The notes below the pieces were generated by a model, which saw nothing but the letters and a program-made list of their open reading frames with translations, did not search any database and was not told the origin of the DNA. The position numbers were made by a program, and so were the translations under genes. From the IMG/VR virus record IMGVR_UViG_3300043436_000999: a DNA stretch of 20,000 bases; one strand, 5' to 3'. Source of the stretch: an uncultured virus (IMG/VR IMGVR_UViG_3300043436_000999). Lineage: Duplodnaviria > Heunggongvirae > Uroviricota > Caudoviricetes. Below are positions 17,517 to 20,000 of this stretch, one piece after another. Positions within the stretch are counted from its first letter, which is position 1; every line of letters begins with the position of its first letter.

Positions 17517-17646
17517 GGAACATCTCGCGGGGGATTCTAACCCCCGACATAGTACCACATACGTTGGGAAGACGTATGCGTTGCCACTAGATTATCTTCC
17601 CTTGATAATCTGTGACCTAACTATGTGTCACGACAGACCGAGTAAA
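17517..17646 (-). ncRNA. candidate structured RNA (four hairpins with two possible long-range pairings)
   Basis: Stems GTGAC/GTCAC, AGATTATC/GATAATCT, CATACGT/ACGTATG and CGGGGG/CCCCCG; complementary loops GGGAA/TTCCC; loop ACATAGT complementary to the linker ACTATGT. Confidence 0.5.
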
Positions 17647-17678
17647 GGAACGTGTGGGGTATTTCACCCACACCTTCC
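17647..17678 (-). repeat. GGGTGAAAT hairpin repeat, copy C
   Basis: Minus strand GGAAGGTGTGGGTGAAATACCCCACACGTTCC followed by TTT. Confidence 0.8.
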
Positions 17679-17682
17679 GCGA

Positions 17683-18012
17683 TTAGTTGCAGAGGAAGAT
17701 GACGGTTTCGGTTGAGTCCATCGGGAACGATTGACCACACACCTTATACTTCGGCTCAAACTTCTCCGTATAGAGACGAGCCCCAGTCCCGAACGAATGG
17801 AGAAGAGCATTCAGTCTCGACTTCGTTGTGGGAGTATTCCACCCACACAAGCACACCGACAACGCATGAGCGGCACGATGATATCGTGCGATACGATTCC
17901 CGTGCAGGAACACCTCACACCCCTTATCCGTGACTAACACCTCTGTGTTGCCACGACGGAAATACTTGTTCGAACGAACTGCGATGCACATTGCCTGTTC
18001 AATTTGACGCAT
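17683..18012 (-). CDS. conserved phage hypothetical protein (109 aa)
   Basis: MRQIEQAM...VFLHGNRIA...GWNTPTTKSRLNAL, a pattern I recognise from aquatic phage early proteins; GAGGAG RBS. Confidence 0.85.
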   Translation of the reverse strand: MRQIEQAMCIAVRSNKYFRRGNTEVLVTDKGCEVFLHGNRIARYHRAAHALSVCLCGWNTPTTKSRLNALLHSFGTGARLYTEKFEPKYKVCGQSFPMDSTETVIFLCN

Positions 18013-18116
18013 TATCGCTTCTCCTCAAGGTGAGAGACCATGTTGCCAGCCACGTAGATACATCCCGCCACAACCATTGCGACGGTACACAACACGAACA
18101 ACTCAATCCACATCAT
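18012..18116 (-). CDS. small membrane peptide (34 aa)
   Basis: MMWIELFVLCTVAMVVAGCIYVAGNMVSHLEEKR; ATGA overlap upstream and TAATG overlap downstream. Confidence 0.65.
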   Translation of the reverse strand: MMWIELFVLCTVAMVVAGCIYVAGNMVSHLEEKR

Positions 18117-18301
18117 CGCCGCACCACCTTGTAACGGCGAGAAACTTCCGCGAAGAATGCCCACCCAACGAAGATGAGCAGTTGACCACCAATCAAACCC
18201 TGCACCACACTCTCGTACTGAACTTCAACGAACGAAAGGACGGTGAGAACTAGACCGTTCACAAACACCCACAGAAACGCAAACTTCTCTTCAATGTCCA
18301 T
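18113..18301 (-). CDS. two-TM membrane protein (62 aa, MDIEEKFAFLW...)
   Basis: GGAG RBS before the ATG at 18301; two hydrophobic segments. Confidence 0.7.
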   Translation of the reverse strand: MDIEEKFAFLWVFVNGLVLTVLSFVEVQYESVVQGLIGGQLLIFVGWAFFAEVSRRYKVVRR

Positions 18302-18346
18302 GACGTATGCTCCGAAAGAGTTGCGAGTGACACACACACAATGAAA

Positions 18347-18378
18347 GAAACGTTCGGGATATTTCACCCGAACGTTCC
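18347..18378 (-). repeat. GGGTGAAAT hairpin repeat, copy B
   Basis: Minus strand GGAACGTTCGGGTGAAATATCCCGAACGTTTC followed by TTTC. Confidence 0.9.
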
Positions 18379-18479
18379 AGCGTCATTATCTTATTCATAG
18401 ATAACGCGGCACTATGAATTGCACAAACTTGGGATAACGTACAGAGAACGTAGCAGTTTGAACTACACTCAACGGGAAA

Positions 18480-18512
18480 GAAACGTTCGGGATAATTTCA
18501 CCCGAACGTTCC
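18480..18512 (-). repeat. GGGTGAAAT hairpin repeat, copy A
   Basis: Minus strand GGAACGTTCGGGTGAAATTATCCCGAACGTTTC followed by TTTC; differs from copy B by one loop T. Confidence 0.9.
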
Positions 18513-18515
18513 TGA

Positions 18516-18836
18516 TTAGTCACACTCTACGCCCCAGTTTGCGTCGATATCTTCGACGTTGAATCCCTGCGGGACAACCCACACGGGAGCGGGACACTTT
18601 GTGTGAACATAGTCGGCCAACTCAATATCCTCCCAACTAATCCCGACACTTGCGGGATTCACACGTCCCCATTCAATCGGCCTATCGACATCGGCCCAAA
18701 CCAATGCCACCACACACTTTGTGGTGATATAGTCGCCGCACGTCTCACACGTTTCCTTGCGGTGAACAAATTCCGCAGGAACGATGTCGGCACAATGCCC
18801 CACACACGTTCGAAGGTAGTGAACTGGCTTGACCAT
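18516..18836 (-). CDS. hypothetical Cys-rich protein (106 aa)
   Basis: GGAG RBS; CVGHC and CETC possible Zn-binding pairs. Confidence 0.75.
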   Translation of the reverse strand: MVKPVHYLRTCVGHCADIVPAEFVHRKETCETCGDYITTKCVVALVWADVDRPIEWGRVNPASVGISWEDIELADYVHTKCPAPVWVVPQGFNVEDIDANWGVECD

Positions 18837-18890
18837 TGTAGACTCCGTGAAGTTGCGGAAAGTTTCGAGGGAACATCCCCCGAAACGAAA

Positions 18891-18920
18891 CGAAGGGACG
18901 AGCGTTAGCCCGTCCCTTCG
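18891..18920 (-). promoter_or_regulatory. 13-bp hairpin with cUAACg loop (terminator or processing site)
   Basis: CGAAGGGACGGGC-TAAC-GCTCGTCCCTTCG followed by TTTCGTTTC. Confidence 0.6.
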
Positions 18921-18944
18921 GAGGTTGGTTGGTTGGTTGGCGAA

Positions 18945-19337
18945 TCACTCACCCTTGACGTTGGCAGCAACCGCCTTGCGCAAGGCTCCTGCGGAGAGAC
19001 CCACAGATTCTCCAAGGTAGGCCGCCAAGGCCTTCTTCAACGAGATGGTGCATCCGTCCACGTTCACACTTTCTCGTTCCGCCCACTTGTACGCAGAATC
19101 GGCATCTTGCAGACCAACGTAGACTGCAATCAACTGGCTTGCAGCAACTTCCAGCGTCGCAGCAATGGCGGATGGATAATCCGCGAATGCGCCTTCAGCA
19201 CCGAGAGTACGGGGATTCTTCCCCTTCTTTGCGTGCGCCTTGCACGCCGAAATTGCAGACAGGGCAGCGCGAAGTTCAGCGCGAGTAACAACGGAAGATG
19301 ATGCAGCAGCAGCGATATAGGAAGGGGTACGTGGCAT
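18945..19337 (-). CDS. hypothetical Ala-rich protein, probable first early gene (130 aa)
   Basis: AGGAG RBS; first credible ORF after the non-coding end region. Confidence 0.75.
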   Translation of the reverse strand: MPRTPSYIAAAASSSVVTRAELRAALSAISACKAHAKKGKNPRTLGAEGAFADYPSAIAATLEVAASQLIAVYVGLQDADSAYKWAERESVNVDGCTISLKKALAAYLGESVGLSAGALRKAVAANVKGE

Positions 19338-19339
19338 GG

Positions 19340-20000
19340 TAGGAAACTCCTAAAGAGTGAAACGAAGAGGATCGGACGATCCGATCCCACAAGTAAAGCG
19401 CAAGGTAGCACGTTAGCACTACCTTGCGTGATGAAACAAAGACAGGAACGTCGCAAGGTACGTTCCCGATGTGGAGTGTGCGTGGGAAGTGTTTAGTTTA
19501 TACTCTAGCCTATATCGCAGTTTATTTCCTAGGACTTACACACTCGACAACGGATACCCCGAAGGGTATCGGAAGGGGAGTGAGCCTAACACGCTAGCAT
19601 CGGAAAGAGAGGCACGACCTACGCCCGTTGGACGTAGGGGAATCCCTCCCGCTTTACGCGGGATGAACTTTCCTCCGCATCGCGAGTCCTCGTCGCATGA
19701 GAGGAACGCTATCGCGAGAATAGCAGAGTCTACTTCCCGCGCCTACGTTGGGGCGGTCGCATCGGCCTGAAGCGCGGGAAGGTTGGATTGTCAAAGAGTG
19801 TGGCGGTTGCCACAATAGACTGTCCCGAAGAGGGGTAAGCAACCGCAGGCTGGGTATATTTCCCGCAGGGCTGGGGGGGGGGGTAGAGGGGGACGCCAAC
19901 AACAGGTGGGGGAAGGGGGTACCCTCCTAAAATTTTCGATACCTAAAACGTTTTCTTAGAAAACCCCACCTCCCCCGTTAAGGGGAAGCGGGATAGATAG
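19340..20000. other. non-coding, GC-rich structured region, probably near the genome's left end (early leader or terminal region)
   Basis: No credible ORF; many inverted repeats, G-tracts and short palindromes; lies upstream of the first early gene. Confidence 0.55.
19399..19428 (-). promoter_or_regulatory. 13-bp hairpin with cUAACg loop (terminator or processing site)
   Basis: CGCAAGGTAGTGC-TAAC-GTGCTACCTTGCG followed by CTTTACTT. Confidence 0.6.

Noticed and set aside
17520..17600. Fourth tRNA (Gly-like anticodon loop and T-arm)
   Set aside because: No acceptor stem or proper D-stem could be formed; kept only as a tRNA-like element within the candidate RNA.
18347..18512. Mini CRISPR array (two 32-33 nt palindromic repeats)
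   Set aside because: The spacer is ~101 nt, the repeat is paired end to end without a CRISPR-type 3' handle, other copies diverge with covariation, and no cas genes are present.
19509..19528. Phage RNA polymerase promoter (AAATAAACTGCGATATAGG, ending like T7 TATAGG)
   Set aside because: No second copy found by eye in the window, so a consensus cannot be supported.
19660..19680. RNase P RNA-like GAGGAAAGT motif
   Set aside because: No matching P4 partner or CR-V sequence found downstream.
19765..19794. Sigma70 promoter from a minus-strand TTGACA
   Set aside because: No acceptable -10 hexamer at 16-18 nt spacing.
550..19930. Plus-strand ORFs and alternate-frame minus ORFs in the track (e.g. 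8560..9114 +, 17251..17715 +, 2242..2652 -, 92..307 -)
   Set aside because: They are shadows of well-supported minus-strand genes or structured non-coding DNA, with no recognisable motifs.
1..20000. Stop-codon reassignment, introns or inteins
   Set aside because: Core genes are intact under the standard code with normal or compact lengths. The UAA anticodon reads UUA and is not a suppressor.

Overview
This window is the early and replication (class I/II) half of a T7-like podophage (Autographiviridae-type) genome, with every credible gene on the minus strand. In transcription order (right to left) it contains: a GC-rich, highly structured non-coding end region (~19340-20000); about 20 small early ORFs, including a candidate SAM lyase and a very acidic DNA-mimic-like peptide, with conserved hairpin repeats in the intergenic gaps of 17.5-19.5 kb; a single-subunit RNA polymerase; a metallophosphoesterase; an HExxH protein; SSB; a RusA resolvase; three tRNA genes (Ile-UAU, short-armed Leu-UAA, Arg-UCU); ThyX; a cytidine-deaminase-fold protein; primase-helicase; family A DNA polymerase; a permuted NlpC/P60-like protein; a dNMP-kinase-like protein; and the start of a gp6-like exonuclease. 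The most unusual signals are two structured, apparently pseudoknotted RNA units, each bracketed by copies of a covarying GGGUGAAAU hairpin, the tRNA set matched to AUA/UUA/AGA codons, and two pairs of paralogous unknown genes. All calls come from motifs and pairings read by eye; no searches or folding programs were run.
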